Source: an uncultured Prevotella sp.
GTDB lineage: Bacteria > Bacteroidota > Bacteroidia > Bacteroidales > Bacteroidaceae
Direction of reading: 5' to 3'
DNA: 64,000 nucleotides
Assembly: GCA_905233165.1 (NCBI GenBank)
Contig: CAJODL010000001.1
Location: 563,927 to 627,926 of the forward strand
Position numbers and translations under genes: made by a program. Positions 17,037 through 27,265 of this stretch are shown piece after piece; the first letter of the stretch is position 1; every line of letters begins with the position of its first letter. The notes under the pieces are model-generated. The model worked only from the letters and a program-made list of their open reading frames with translations, made no database searches and had not been told where the DNA came from.

Positions 17037-18458
17037 TCATTTATTCGGACCATTTACATTTTTTATTTCTACATCCTCAACATCAATGAATTTAAGCATC
17101 GGACGTCCTTCCGGTTTTTCAACGGAGAAGTTCAGGTTGGTGAGCTTAAGTCCTCGTACATGACGAGCAAAAACGCCATAAGATGGGGTGAAACCAGCAA
17201 ACTTTGGCTCTGGATAATTGGTTCCCTGCTCACGATAATCTTTATCGGCATATTCGGCCTTGCCACCACCAGCATATTGTACTGTGATATTCTTCAAAGA
17301 TATGTTTTCGAGTGGTGTACCAGGCATTCCTGTTATTATGATACCTGCAATAGAATCAGCATGCAGACAGGTTACATTTTTAATAAAGATGTTACGACCT
17401 GTAGAGACGTCTGTGCGTTCTTTGGGACCTCGATTGCGACAACCAGTAGTAATGTAGATAGGATAGTGGTGCGTGTGATTGATAGTGACACCATCAACAT
17501 AGATATTTTCCATCAGCCCTTGGTCAACAGATTCAAAGGCTAATCCACTAGAATATTCGCCTTTGCAATCTTTGATGTATATGTTGCGATAACCTCCATT
17601 GCTTTCTGTTCCAAGTTTTATACGTCCGCAGACCCAGTTAACAGGCTCTGGAACTTTCGTACCATCAAGATATGTACCACATTTATATCCCGTTACTGTA
17701 CAATTCTTTACAGTAACATTTTCGCATGGAACAACTTTTTTCAGGGCATAGGAACTCTTCAGTACAATGGCGTCATCATGTGAAGTGTTGACGATGCTGT
17801 TTTGTATGATAAGATCTTTACAACAATCAATGTCAACACCATCACGGTTAGTGTCAATCGTAACGCCATCAATCAATGTCTTCTTGCAGCCTGTGACAAT
17901 GATTGCGAAGTGACCTCCACGATATATTGTAATATCTTTTATCTTTACATTTTGGCATAGTTTGAAGGCTATGGATTTATCTCCAGTATCCACTCCTCCT
18001 CCTTCAACGATACCGGCTTTCTCTTTATCCTTCTTGGTCAATCCAACTCCATCAATAAATCCCTTGCCTGTAATAGAAATATTCTTCTCTCCATCTGCCC
18101 ATATCAATGAATTGTGAAAGAATGTATGCCCTCCGTCTTGATATTGTGGTCCGTCCCATTGCTCTCGTTGGTCATAGGCTTGATATTTCTCTGGGGCGGC
18201 AATAATCTTGGCACCATCTTCAAAATGAAGTTCGGTATTGCTTTTCATGCGTATTGAACCACAGAGATATTCTCCTGCAGGAACAATGATGCGACCACCT
18301 CCATTGTTGGATGCTGCTTCAAGGGCTTTGTTGAAGGCTTCATTTGTTAATGTCTTGCCATCAGCAACGGCACCATAGTCTTTTACATTATAATCTTTTG
18401 CAGATAGTAATGAAAAAGGAATGAGAAGATAGGCAAGTAGAGATATAGTTAGTTTCAT
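17037..18458 (-). CDS. secreted glycoside hydrolase family 28-like (right-handed beta-helix)
   Basis: Signal peptide. NRDGVDID, SHDDAIVLKS and GRIKLGT resemble the GH28 NTDG/DD/RIK motifs. Confidence 0.75.
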   Translation of the reverse strand: MKLTISLLAYLLIPFSLLSAKDYNVKDYGAVADGKTLTNEAFNKALEAASNNGGGRIIVPAGEYLCGSIRMKSNTELHFEDGAKIIAAPEKYQAYDQREQWDGPQYQDGGHTFFHNSLIWADGEKNISITGKGFIDGVGLTKKDKEKAGIVEGGGVDTGDKSIAFKLCQNVKIKDITIYRGGHFAIIVTGCKKTLIDGVTIDTNRDGVDIDCCKDLIIQNSIVNTSHDDAIVLKSSYALKKVVPCENVTVKNCTVTGYKCGTYLDGTKVPEPVNWVCGRIKLGTESNGGYRNIYIKDCKGEYSSGLAFESVDQGLMENIYVDGVTINHTHHYPIYITTGCRNRGPKERTDVSTGRNIFIKNVTCLHADSIAGIIITGMPGTPLENISLKNITVQYAGGGKAEYADKDYREQGTNYPEPKFAGFTPSYGVFARHVRGLKLTNLNFSVEKPEGRPMLKFIDVEDVEIKNVNGPNK

Positions 18459-19309
18459 TATTGTAGTTTTATATGGTTAACGATAATGTCATTGTGCAGG
18501 AAGTTCTTGCCGATTTCTTTAAAACGTTCCTCTGATTCTGTAGTGTAGTATTGTATTGTTCCTCCTTTGGAACATTTTTTATCCATTTCTGGATGCCGGT
18601 GTAGATAATCTTTCAATGATTCTGCCACATATTCTCCTTGTGATATAAGGTTTATATTCTTTGGAACAGCTTTGTTCAAAGCGTTCTTAAGTAGAGGATA
18701 GTGTGTACATCCAAGTATGATTGTATCGATGAGCGGATCTTTCATAAGCAATTGGTTGATTCTCTTTTTTACAAAATATTCTGCACCTAAACTGTCTGCC
18801 TCTCCTGCTTCAACTATGGCTGCCCATAAAGGACAAGCTTGACCAGTAACAATAATGTCTGGGTAAAGTTTCTCTATTTCAAGATTATAACTTTCAGAAC
18901 GTATTGTTCCTTCTGTTGCCACAATGCCGATATGGCGTGTTTTTGTAAGGTCGCCTATAATCTCTACAGTAGGGCGTATGACTCCTAAGACTCTGTATCC
19001 CTGCTCCTCTAATGTCATTGTATCATCGCTCGATGGCAGGTGATATTTTTTCTTCAGATCTTCTTGCTGTATTGTGCGCAATGCTTTGGCTGAGGCTGTA
19101 TTACATGCTAAAATCACGAGATGACAACCAAGAGAGAATAGTTTCATAACGGCCTGTCTCGTAAATTCATATACTACATCAAATGACCTAGGACCATATG
19201 GTGCCCTAGCATTATCGCCGAGATATATGAAATCATACTCGGGAAGGGTCTCTCGCAATTGTTTTAGGATAGTAAGACCTCCGTAACCAGAGTCAAAAAC
19301 GCCAATCAT
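18458..19309 (-). CDS. murI: glutamate racemase
   Basis: IGVFDSGYGGLT, ACNTASA and LGCTHYPLL motifs. Confidence 0.9.
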   Translation of the reverse strand: MIGVFDSGYGGLTILKQLRETLPEYDFIYLGDNARAPYGPRSFDVVYEFTRQAVMKLFSLGCHLVILACNTASAKALRTIQQEDLKKKYHLPSSDDTMTLEEQGYRVLGVIRPTVEIIGDLTKTRHIGIVATEGTIRSESYNLEIEKLYPDIIVTGQACPLWAAIVEAGEADSLGAEYFVKKRINQLLMKDPLIDTIILGCTHYPLLKNALNKAVPKNINLISQGEYVAESLKDYLHRHPEMDKKCSKGGTIQYYTTESEERFKEIGKNFLHNDIIVNHIKLQ

Positions 19310-19312
19310 ATA

Positions 19313-19852
19313 TTAACGAAGTTCTGCTGATGGAGTTTGCTGTTGTGGGTTAGACAAAATAGAGGATATCTTCTCTGTAAGATCCTCTGAGTAGTTAGGA
19401 TTTATGTAGGGACATGTTTCGCTATCACTATTCACAATGATAAGGTACTCTCCTTGTTCAGCAACTTTCTGTATAGCTTCAGATATCCGTATCTTAGCTG
19501 CAGAAATAGCTTCTTCTTCAGACTTCTTGATAAGTTGCTGTGTTTCCTTCCTGAAGTTCTCAGTACGCTCAAGAAGAGCCTGCAAGTCGCTTTGCCTTTT
19601 TGCACGTATTGATTTGGCAAGGTCACCTTGCTGCTCAAGGAATAGCTCATATTTCTCCTTGAAATCCTGTTCAGCTATCCTTTGCTCATTAGCATATTGC
19701 TGTTTCAGGACTTGAGCATTGGCAATTGCTTCCTGATATTTAACATCAGTATTAAGCAAGTCTTGCATAGAGAAAAAACCAATCTTCGCTTGTTGTGCCA
19801 TGATTGTGGAACAACAAGCGAAGCATAGCGCCATTATTATGAATTTCCTCAT
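19313..19852 (-). CDS. OmpH/Skp-family periplasmic chaperone (third paralogue)
   Basis: Signal peptide plus a coiled-coil-rich Skp-like sequence, directly downstream of two other ompH genes. Confidence 0.7.
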   Translation of the reverse strand: MRKFIIMALCFACCSTIMAQQAKIGFFSMQDLLNTDVKYQEAIANAQVLKQQYANEQRIAEQDFKEKYELFLEQQGDLAKSIRAKRQSDLQALLERTENFRKETQQLIKKSEEEAISAAKIRISEAIQKVAEQGEYLIIVNSDSETCPYINPNYSEDLTEKISSILSNPQQQTPSAELR

Positions 19853-20352
19853 TATTTAATCTTATTAATTTCAGCCTTGACTGCTGCAGTAACATCTGTA
19901 GAAGTAGCACCAATGTAAGGGAAAGAACCTGCTGGTACGATATAGGTGTAGTTACCAGCCTTGCCAACGTTCTCAATAGCCTTCATAATCTTTTGGTTGA
20001 TTGGAGCCATCAGTTCTTCTTGCTTCTTCTGGATATTCTGCTGGTTTTGCTGATATGTCTCTTGCAGTTTGTTGTAAAGAGTATGCAACTCCTGCTCAGC
20101 AGCCTGTTGGTCTGTGGCATTCATTGTTGACTTCTTCTTGTCAAACTCGTCTGCCTTACGCTGAATTTCTTCTTGCATAGTCTTCAATTCATTCTCATAC
20201 TGCTGTGCTGTAGCCTGAAGTTCACCATTAGCTTTAGTTACTTCTGGGAGACTCTGCATTATAGACTGAGTATCAACATGTCCGAATTTCTGTGCGTTAG
20301 CATTTACTGCTACACCAAGCACTGCGATGAGTGCGATAATAATCTTTTTCAT
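19852..20352 (-). CDS. OmpH/Skp-family periplasmic chaperone
   Basis: Signal peptide, KFGHVDTQSIMQ start and Q/E/K-rich helices. Confidence 0.8.
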   Translation of the reverse strand: MKKIIIALIAVLGVAVNANAQKFGHVDTQSIMQSLPEVTKANGELQATAQQYENELKTMQEEIQRKADEFDKKKSTMNATDQQAAEQELHTLYNKLQETYQQNQQNIQKKQEELMAPINQKIMKAIENVGKAGNYTYIVPAGSFPYIGATSTDVTAAVKAEINKIK

Positions 20353-20398
20353 TTACAATTTTTACTTTATTATTTTATACTATAGTTTATTTATCAAT

Positions 20399-20908
20399 TT
20401 AATAGCCAAGTTTTTGTAGGACCTCGTTAGAAATGTCTATTCTAGGGGAAGCAAATATTATACCTGCTCCATCTGAAGCTCTGTCAAGAACCATTTGGTA
20501 TCCACGAAGTTCTGCCACCTCTTTTACGGAATTGTATATCTCATCCTGTATCGGAGCCATCAGGGATTCGCGTTTTTTGAATAATTCTCCGTCAGGACCG
20601 AAATACTTCTTCTTCAAATCTGCAGCCTCTTTTTCTTTCTGCATGATAGCTTCCTGCTTTTTCTGTTTCTGATCTTGAGAAAGGAATACGACCTCGTTCT
20701 GATAATTTTTATACATGGTAGAGGCCTCTGTGTTTAGTGCTTCTACTTCTGCTTGCCATCGCTTGCTAACCTGATTAAGCTGTTCATTAGCGCGCTCGTA
20801 GGCTGGTATGTTTTTAAGAATGTATTCCATGTCTATGAGAGCATACTTTTGCGCCATTGCACATGTTGCGAACAACATAAACGAGAAAAATACGAGAATC
20901 TTTTTCAT
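20399..20908 (-). CDS. OmpH/Skp-family periplasmic chaperone
   Basis: Signal peptide, KYALIDMEYILKN start. Lies downstream of bamA. Confidence 0.8.
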   Translation of the reverse strand: MKKILVFFSFMLFATCAMAQKYALIDMEYILKNIPAYERANEQLNQVSKRWQAEVEALNTEASTMYKNYQNEVVFLSQDQKQKKQEAIMQKEKEAADLKKKYFGPDGELFKKRESLMAPIQDEIYNSVKEVAELRGYQMVLDRASDGAGIIFASPRIDISNEVLQKLGY

Positions 20909-20928
20909 AGTGATTTCTGTTTTGTGGT

Positions 20929-23556
20929 TTAAAATTCTTGTCCAAGTATGAAGTGGAAGTTGCTACCTCCCTTTTTGCCAAATACATTGTCGAAACCATA
21001 AGCCCAGTCAATACCCATAAGTCCCACCATCGGAAGGAAGATACGGACACCTGCACCAGCAGAGCGTTTCATGTCAAATGGATTGAAGTCTCTAGTGTTT
21101 GCCCATGCATTACCAGCTTCAAGGAATGTCAATCCGTATATTGTGGTATTTCCAAGTAAGAACGGATAACGCAATTCTACTGAGAAACGGTCATATGCAT
21201 AGCCAGAGTATCCAGATGGGGTGAGAGAACCATTCTCGTAACCACGCAAGCCAATAGTCTCTGTAGCATAGCTACTTGAATAGCCTGACATACCATCACC
21301 ACCCATGTAATATGTTTCGAATGGTGACTTCTTATGCTTGTTATAGTATCCTAAGATACCAAATTCTGCACGCGTCATGAGAACGAAACATTTCTGTCCG
21401 CTTGTGAGTGCTGTGTATGTACGACTCTTAAACTTCCATTTGTGATACTCAATCCAACGATGCTTCTCTTGCAGTTGGCTTTGATAGCGCGAGTCAAGAG
21501 GGTTGTTGGCAAGTTTTGAATAGTCTTTACCATCAAAAACGCTCCATGGTGGAGTAGCGGTAACGGTAAGTTCAAAGTCTGAGCCATGACGTGGGAATAA
21601 CTGATTGTCTGTAGATGTACGTGCCAGAGTTATTCCAAAGTTTATGTTGTTACAATTACCATTTGTGACAAGGAAGTAATTCCAGTTCTTCAGCATGTAG
21701 CGTGTATAGCCAATGTTCAAAGAAAGATGGAAATAATCGTCAGGCCAGCGCAAACGCTTTCCCCAACCAATCGAACCACCTAACAACTGTACATACTTAT
21801 CTGGGTCGTAGTAATTTTCATAGTTATTATAAGTAGAGTAGTTTCCTATTCCTCCAATGTAGTTATAATAAGAATTCTGCCAGTTGGAGTTATAGTAACT
21901 GCTACTTACATCTGTCTGTTTAGAGTAGAAGACACCAACATTGAACATAATAGGACGTTTGCCACCAAACCAAGATGTTCCGTATGATATGTTGTATGCC
22001 TGATAGTAACGACCATTCGTTTGGGCACCAAGAGACAGTGTCTCACCATCTCCAACAGGTAGTATGCCACGATGCTCCTTTTTTCTGTTGAAGAGGTTTG
22101 CCATAGAGAAGTTGTTCAATTTCAATCCTATGCGTCCGATGACACCTGTCTGTCCCCAACCCAAAGAGAATTCGACTTGGTCATTAGACTTCTGTTCCAA
22201 ATCCCAGTTGATATCAACAGTTCCATCTTCGTAGTTAGGACGTACATCTGGATTTACTTTTTCTTGATCGAAATGTCCCATAGATGCTATTTCACGTGCA
22301 GAACGCATCAAAGCATCTTTAGAGAACAGGTCGCCAGGCTTGGTGCGTAGTTCACGACGCACAACTTTCTCGTACAGGCGATTGTTACCTGTTATACGAA
22401 CATGAGAGATATGTGCTTGCGGACCTTCTTGTATACGCATTTCAAGGTCTATGGAATCGCCTACAATGTTTATCTCGGTAGGGTCAAGTTTATAGAACAG
22501 GTAACCATTATTCCAATAAAGGTTTCCTACCGCATCGTCATCATCTTTCAGACGTTTGTTCATAAGTTTTTGGTTATAGACATCGCCTTTTTTCATTCCA
22601 AAAACTGTCTGCAGGTAATCAGTCTTATAGACAGTATTGCCTACCCATGTAACATTGCGGAGATAATATTTCCGTCCTTCGTAAATGCTAAAGTGTATGT
22701 CAACATGCCTATCATCGTATGTGGAAATGCTGTCTTTTACTAATTTCGCATCACGATAACCATACTCGTTATAATAATCAATAAGGTTATTCTTATCCTC
22801 TTCGTATTTCTCTGGCTTGAATTTTTTGGACTTCAGGAAACCACGAAGAGTATTGACCTCATGAAGCTTCTTCAGAGCTCCACCACCAAAGAGTTTACCT
22901 TTTAACTTTTTTGTTTTTATTTGTTCGTTGCCATCAATGTAGATGCGATGAATCTTTGTCTTTAGTTTCCTGTCTATCTCAACATCAAGAATGACATGAT
23001 TCTTTTCTGCCACATCATCGCGTTGACGTATTGTTACTTCACAATTCTTGAAGCCTTTATCTGCATAATATCTTTCTGCAAGGTACTTAGCTCTGGATAT
23101 CATATTTGGGGTTATCTGAGACCCTTTCAGAAGTCCAAGCTTTGCTTCCATGTCTTCTCGCTCGCTTTTCTTCTTAATACCGATATAGTTTATCGTACTA
23201 ACGCGAGGGCGCGTGCGCAGATAAAAATGTAAGTATATGGAATCTAAAACAATAGAATCGGCAGCGATTTTAACTTCTGAGAATAATCCGTGTTTCCAGT
23301 AGTGCTTTACTGCTTCTGTTATTTCGTTTCCTGGCACGCTAATCTCCTGACCAACCGAAAGGCCGGATATACCTGTGAGCATAAAATCTTCATATTCATC
23401 AACACCACTGACAGCTATGTGGGCTATCGTGTATTTCTTTACGGAGCCGACATAGGAAATGTCAGGATTGATTATCTTTTCCTGGCCAATTATGGCTAAG
23501 GATGAAATAAAGAGATATATGAATGTGAAGAAAAATCTGTTTCTAAACACGGACAC
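20929..23556 (-). CDS. bamA: outer membrane protein assembly factor BamA
   Basis: 875 aa with POTRA-like repeats and an Omp85 barrel ending ...FHFILGQEF. Lies in the uppS-bamA-skp synteny. Confidence 0.9.
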   Translation of the reverse strand: MSVFRNRFFFTFIYLFISSLAIIGQEKIINPDISYVGSVKKYTIAHIAVSGVDEYEDFMLTGISGLSVGQEISVPGNEITEAVKHYWKHGLFSEVKIAADSIVLDSIYLHFYLRTRPRVSTINYIGIKKKSEREDMEAKLGLLKGSQITPNMISRAKYLAERYYADKGFKNCEVTIRQRDDVAEKNHVILDVEIDRKLKTKIHRIYIDGNEQIKTKKLKGKLFGGGALKKLHEVNTLRGFLKSKKFKPEKYEEDKNNLIDYYNEYGYRDAKLVKDSISTYDDRHVDIHFSIYEGRKYYLRNVTWVGNTVYKTDYLQTVFGMKKGDVYNQKLMNKRLKDDDDAVGNLYWNNGYLFYKLDPTEINIVGDSIDLEMRIQEGPQAHISHVRITGNNRLYEKVVRRELRTKPGDLFSKDALMRSAREIASMGHFDQEKVNPDVRPNYEDGTVDINWDLEQKSNDQVEFSLGWGQTGVIGRIGLKLNNFSMANLFNRKKEHRGILPVGDGETLSLGAQTNGRYYQAYNISYGTSWFGGKRPIMFNVGVFYSKQTDVSSSYYNSNWQNSYYNYIGGIGNYSTYNNYENYYDPDKYVQLLGGSIGWGKRLRWPDDYFHLSLNIGYTRYMLKNWNYFLVTNGNCNNINFGITLARTSTDNQLFPRHGSDFELTVTATPPWSVFDGKDYSKLANNPLDSRYQSQLQEKHRWIEYHKWKFKSRTYTALTSGQKCFVLMTRAEFGILGYYNKHKKSPFETYYMGGDGMSGYSSSYATETIGLRGYENGSLTPSGYSGYAYDRFSVELRYPFLLGNTTIYGLTFLEAGNAWANTRDFNPFDMKRSAGAGVRIFLPMVGLMGIDWAYGFDNVFGKKGGSNFHFILGQEF

Positions 23557-23582
23557 TAATTATTAACTATTGTATATTGATG

Positions 23583-24320
23583 CTATAGACCTTTCTCTAC
23601 CTGTTCTTCAGTCTTGCCGAAACGACGTTGCTTGGTGTTGAAATATTCTATGGCTTTATGAAGTTCGTCTTCGTTGAAATCAGGCCAATATATTGGCGTG
23701 AAGTATAATTCGGAATATGCTATCTGCCAAAGCATGTAGTTTGAGATACGAATATCGCCTCCTGTTCTTATCAAGAGGTCAGGGTCTGGCTGATAGCCAC
23801 TATTCATATTATCTACGATTGTCTGCTCTGTGATATCGCTGGCTTTTAAAGTGCCTGCTTCTACTTGAGCAGCTATTTTCTGCATGCAGTCAGTCAATTC
23901 CCAGCGTGAAGAATAGCTGAGGGCTACAGTAATCGTCATCCTCTTATATTCTTTCGTACGCTCTTCAAGACCCGAAAGGGTGTCTTGTACGTCCTTTGGA
24001 AGGCGCTTCCTGTCACCTATGCAGCGGAATCGTATATCATTATCATCGAAGAGGGAATTATCTAATGACGAAATAACCAGTTCCATCAATAGTCTTACCT
24101 CTTCTGGTGGACGATTCCAGTTCTCTGTAGAGAAAGCATATACTGTGAGATATTTTACTCCTATTCGAGCACATTCGGCGGTTATCTTACGTAGGGAATC
24201 AACGCCAGCAGAATGACCATAATTGCGTGGCTTCCCATGCTGCTCGGCCCATCTGCCATTACCATCCATGATAATAGCTATATGCTCAGGTATATTCATT
24301 CTTTGTGACATGTTCTGCAT
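23583..24320 (-). CDS. uppS: isoprenyl transferase (undecaprenyl diphosphate synthase)
   Basis: HIAIIMDGNGRWA and YAFSTENWNRP motifs. Confidence 0.95.
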   Translation of the reverse strand: MQNMSQRMNIPEHIAIIMDGNGRWAEQHGKPRNYGHSAGVDSLRKITAECARIGVKYLTVYAFSTENWNRPPEEVRLLMELVISSLDNSLFDDNDIRFRCIGDRKRLPKDVQDTLSGLEERTKEYKRMTITVALSYSSRWELTDCMQKIAAQVEAGTLKASDITEQTIVDNMNSGYQPDPDLLIRTGGDIRISNYMLWQIAYSELYFTPIYWPDFNEDELHKAIEYFNTKQRRFGKTEEQVEKGL

Positions 24321-24988
24321 CTTTCGAAAAATGAGTAAGTAAAAGCAAGTGTTAAGGTACTGTAGCAGTCGGTGTTCTTAAACAATCCCTTGCTGCTGAT
24401 ACCATATGGGTCTTTTATACCATCGAGTTCATCAGACAAGGAGAAATGCATCTGCCAATCCAATGAAAAGTTGTATCTGTCTTTATAGCGATATTTCACA
24501 CCTACGCCAATAGGCACGTTGGCTGTGAAAATATTCTTTTTTTCGATTTTCATCGCCTCGTCAGCCTTAATTTTTGCGAGTGTTGCGCCTATGCCGATAG
24601 AGATAAATGGTGTCAGACGCTTAGCACCTCGATAGTCCTTTCCTGTTCCATAAGGCCAGAAATTGTATTCATATGTAGCACTAAGGTCTGCAAGAGTGTT
24701 ATTGAATGTATAGGTGTTTACATTCGGATAATAGGTCTTGCTTGGTTCGTATGAACCTTTTATCTTTGTGTACATAGCGGAAAGCCTTATAGCCATATGT
24801 GGATTTAAGACATCACGAAAGACGATGGCACCCGCAGGCTGAATGTTTTTGGTGGGTGAGGCGTTGAAATCACCATAATATGTTGTCGCTCCCACACCTG
24901 CGCCAATATCCATACGATATTCAACATCTTCTTGGGCAAAGACGGTGAATGGTAATAACATTGTTATAAAAAGGATATATATGCGCAT
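24296..24988 (-). CDS. outer-membrane beta-barrel protein (DUF6089-like, from recall)
   Basis: Signal peptide MRIYILFITMLLPFTVFAQ and alternating beta-strand pattern ending in F. ATG 24988 preferred over 25027. Confidence 0.55.
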   Translation of the reverse strand: MRIYILFITMLLPFTVFAQEDVEYRMDIGAGVGATTYYGDFNASPTKNIQPAGAIVFRDVLNPHMAIRLSAMYTKIKGSYEPSKTYYPNVNTYTFNNTLADLSATYEYNFWPYGTGKDYRGAKRLTPFISIGIGATLAKIKADEAMKIEKKNIFTANVPIGVGVKYRYKDRYNFSLDWQMHFSLSDELDGIKDPYGISSKGLFKNTDCYSTLTLAFTYSFFERCRTCHKE

Positions 24989-25002
24989 CTTTATTCTTGT
25001 TT

Positions 25003-26409
25003 TTAATAAATCTTCTGACCTCTCCAAACTTCTCCTGTCTCACCTCCTATAAGGTATATATAGGTGTAGTCGGCTCCAATTGCCACTTGATCAGTGCTTT
25101 GAAGTCCTGATGGAATATTTATAGAACTTTTTGTTACCCAAGTGGTTCCCCAATCATTAGAGTAGTAGAGCTTTCGAACGTTTGGTTTACCTCCTGTGGC
25201 AATTATTCCGTCTGCATATGATGTGGCAGACAGATATGGCATACGAGGCAATACTTTATAGTGATTGTTCCATGCAGGAGTCATGAGACACCAGTCCTGC
25301 GGGACATCATCTATGATTTTACTCCATATTACAGCCTTATCAACGTTTGGAGCTTTGATGTTTGTTGCATCATTCTGCTTGTTTGCCAATATGATGGCAC
25401 GACCCATTGATGGATCTGTAAGCAGGTTTGTTGCAATGAAGTTATAGTCGTTATAAGGGAGACTGTCACCAACAACATATTGCATCTCTTCCATATCGTC
25501 TGGAATAAATGATGCTGTCATAGGGTCTCCTCCTGTTGCTACTTCTATCTTCTTTTGGTCATTCACTCCATAGAAATAGTCCAGAAAACCTCCAAGGATG
25601 GCTCTCAGGTTGCAAGGTTTTTGGGTGGTCCAATCATCAGAACAAATCAACATACCGTCATGAAGCAGATATAGTTTATTCCTATAAACTGCCATCGTAG
25701 GTATCTTATACTGCTCAAATGGTACAGTAATCTTTTTTGGTGCAGGGTTATATTCTATGCTCCAGGTATTTCCGTCTGTTGTCTTTAATACCTGTACTCC
25801 GCAATATATATCAGTAGCTACACCAGTAATATCTGCTGCCAGGACATAGAACGCATCATCGCAGGAAAGTGCTTTCAGAGTAATTAGCTTCTTTCCTTTT
25901 ATGGCATTGCAATCACTCAGACGAGTCCATTTCAGGGAATCAACACCAACCTTATGTATTCTTATATCAATTGTGTAATCCTTCGAATGTGCTTTGTCGG
26001 ATGATGTTACTCTTATCTTACGTGGCTTGGAGAAATCAAGCGTGTCTGTAGCGTAATATGTTCTCGCAAAAGAGTCCTTTTTCTCCAATGTCTCAAGAAC
26101 TCCAGTGGAGTTGTTCTTGAAAGACAGGTTAAGAAGTATCTTGGACGGAATTGTACGTACTGGCAATGAGTCCGGATTGTATATCTCGCCCTTTATGTGG
26201 TCTATGAAGATAGGGTAGGTCGCTGATGAAGGCACAAAGGTAGAATACGAATTACCTGTAGTATTCTGCCTGCGAAGTGATCCAAATGTAGCAGCTGTGA
26301 TACCTACCTGGTCACTTGGCGTTATACCTTCGTCACTTGACTTACACGATGCTGTCAGCAGCATCAGCGCTGCTGACAACATTATGGTTATGTTTTTAAA
26401 TCTGTACAA
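25003..26409 (-). CDS. hypothetical lipoprotein
   Basis: Lipobox LLTASC after a signal peptide. 468 aa with no recognised catalytic motif. Confidence 0.6.
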   Translation of the reverse strand: MYRFKNITIMLSAALMLLTASCKSSDEGITPSDQVGITAATFGSLRRQNTTGNSYSTFVPSSATYPIFIDHIKGEIYNPDSLPVRTIPSKILLNLSFKNNSTGVLETLEKKDSFARTYYATDTLDFSKPRKIRVTSSDKAHSKDYTIDIRIHKVGVDSLKWTRLSDCNAIKGKKLITLKALSCDDAFYVLAADITGVATDIYCGVQVLKTTDGNTWSIEYNPAPKKITVPFEQYKIPTMAVYRNKLYLLHDGMLICSDDWTTQKPCNLRAILGGFLDYFYGVNDQKKIEVATGGDPMTASFIPDDMEEMQYVVGDSLPYNDYNFIATNLLTDPSMGRAIILANKQNDATNIKAPNVDKAVIWSKIIDDVPQDWCLMTPAWNNHYKVLPRMPYLSATSYADGIIATGGKPNVRKLYYSNDWGTTWVTKSSINIPSGLQSTDQVAIGADYTYIYLIGGETGEVWRGQKIY

Positions 26410-26434
26410 AAGAATTGTAAATTAAGATTTGTTT

Positions 26435-27244
26435 TTAAGATGGCTGCTTTCCGATGTATGCAAGGATACCGCCATCAACATATAATACGTGTCCATTCAC
26501 TGCATCAGAAGCATGAGATGCGAGGAATACTGCTGGTCCACCCAACTCTGATGGGTCGAGCCAACGTCCTGCTGGAGTCTTTGCACAGATGAAGCTGTCA
26601 AAAGGATGACGGCTGCCGTCTGGCTGTCTCTCACGCAGTGGTGCTGTCTGTGGAGTAGCGATGTAACCAGGGCCAATGCCGTTGCACTGGATGTTGTACT
26701 CGCCATACTCTGAGCAGATGTTTCGTGTGAGCATCTTCAGACCACCCTTGGCAGCTGCATAGGCAGATACTGTCTCACGACCCAGTTCTGACATCATAGA
26801 GCAGATATTGATGATTTTTCCTTCCTTACGCTCCATCATTTCAGGCAATACTGCTGCAGAACAGATGTATGGCGCAACAAGGTCAATGTCTATAACCTGC
26901 TGGAACTCTGCACGCTTCATTTCGTGCATAGGAATACGCTTGATGATACCTGCATTGTTTACGAGGATGTCAATCTGACCAACTTCCTTGTGGATGGTAT
27001 CTACAAGTTTCTTTATACCTTCTTCGTCAGTAACGTCACAAACATAACCCTTTACATTTGTTATGCCTGCTTCCTTATAGTTGTCAAGTCCACGCTGTAG
27101 TGCTGCCTCATTGATGTCGTTGAAAACAATCATGTTAGCACCAGCGGCAACAAATGCCTTAGCGATGTTGAAACCAATTCCGTACGATGCGCCTGTAATC
27201 CAAGCGTTTTTCCCTTCGAGGGAGAAATTTGATAAGTTTGCCAT
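26435..27244 (-). CDS. SDR-family oxidoreductase (gluconate 5-dehydrogenase-like)
   Basis: TGASYGIG cofactor motif and YAAAKGG catalytic YxxxK. Confidence 0.8.
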   Translation of the reverse strand: MANLSNFSLEGKNAWITGASYGIGFNIAKAFVAAGANMIVFNDINEAALQRGLDNYKEAGITNVKGYVCDVTDEEGIKKLVDTIHKEVGQIDILVNNAGIIKRIPMHEMKRAEFQQVIDIDLVAPYICSAAVLPEMMERKEGKIINICSMMSELGRETVSAYAAAKGGLKMLTRNICSEYGEYNIQCNGIGPGYIATPQTAPLRERQPDGSRHPFDSFICAKTPAGRWLDPSELGGPAVFLASHASDAVNGHVLYVDGGILAYIGKQPS

Positions 27245-27265
27245 AGTAGTAATAAATTTTGGTAG

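Noticed and set aside
19313-20908. Three tandem OmpH/Skp paralogues, considered as a possible unusual expansion.
   Set aside because: Multiple skp/ompH genes downstream of bamA are a common arrangement in Bacteroidota as far as I recall. Nothing in the sequences stands out.
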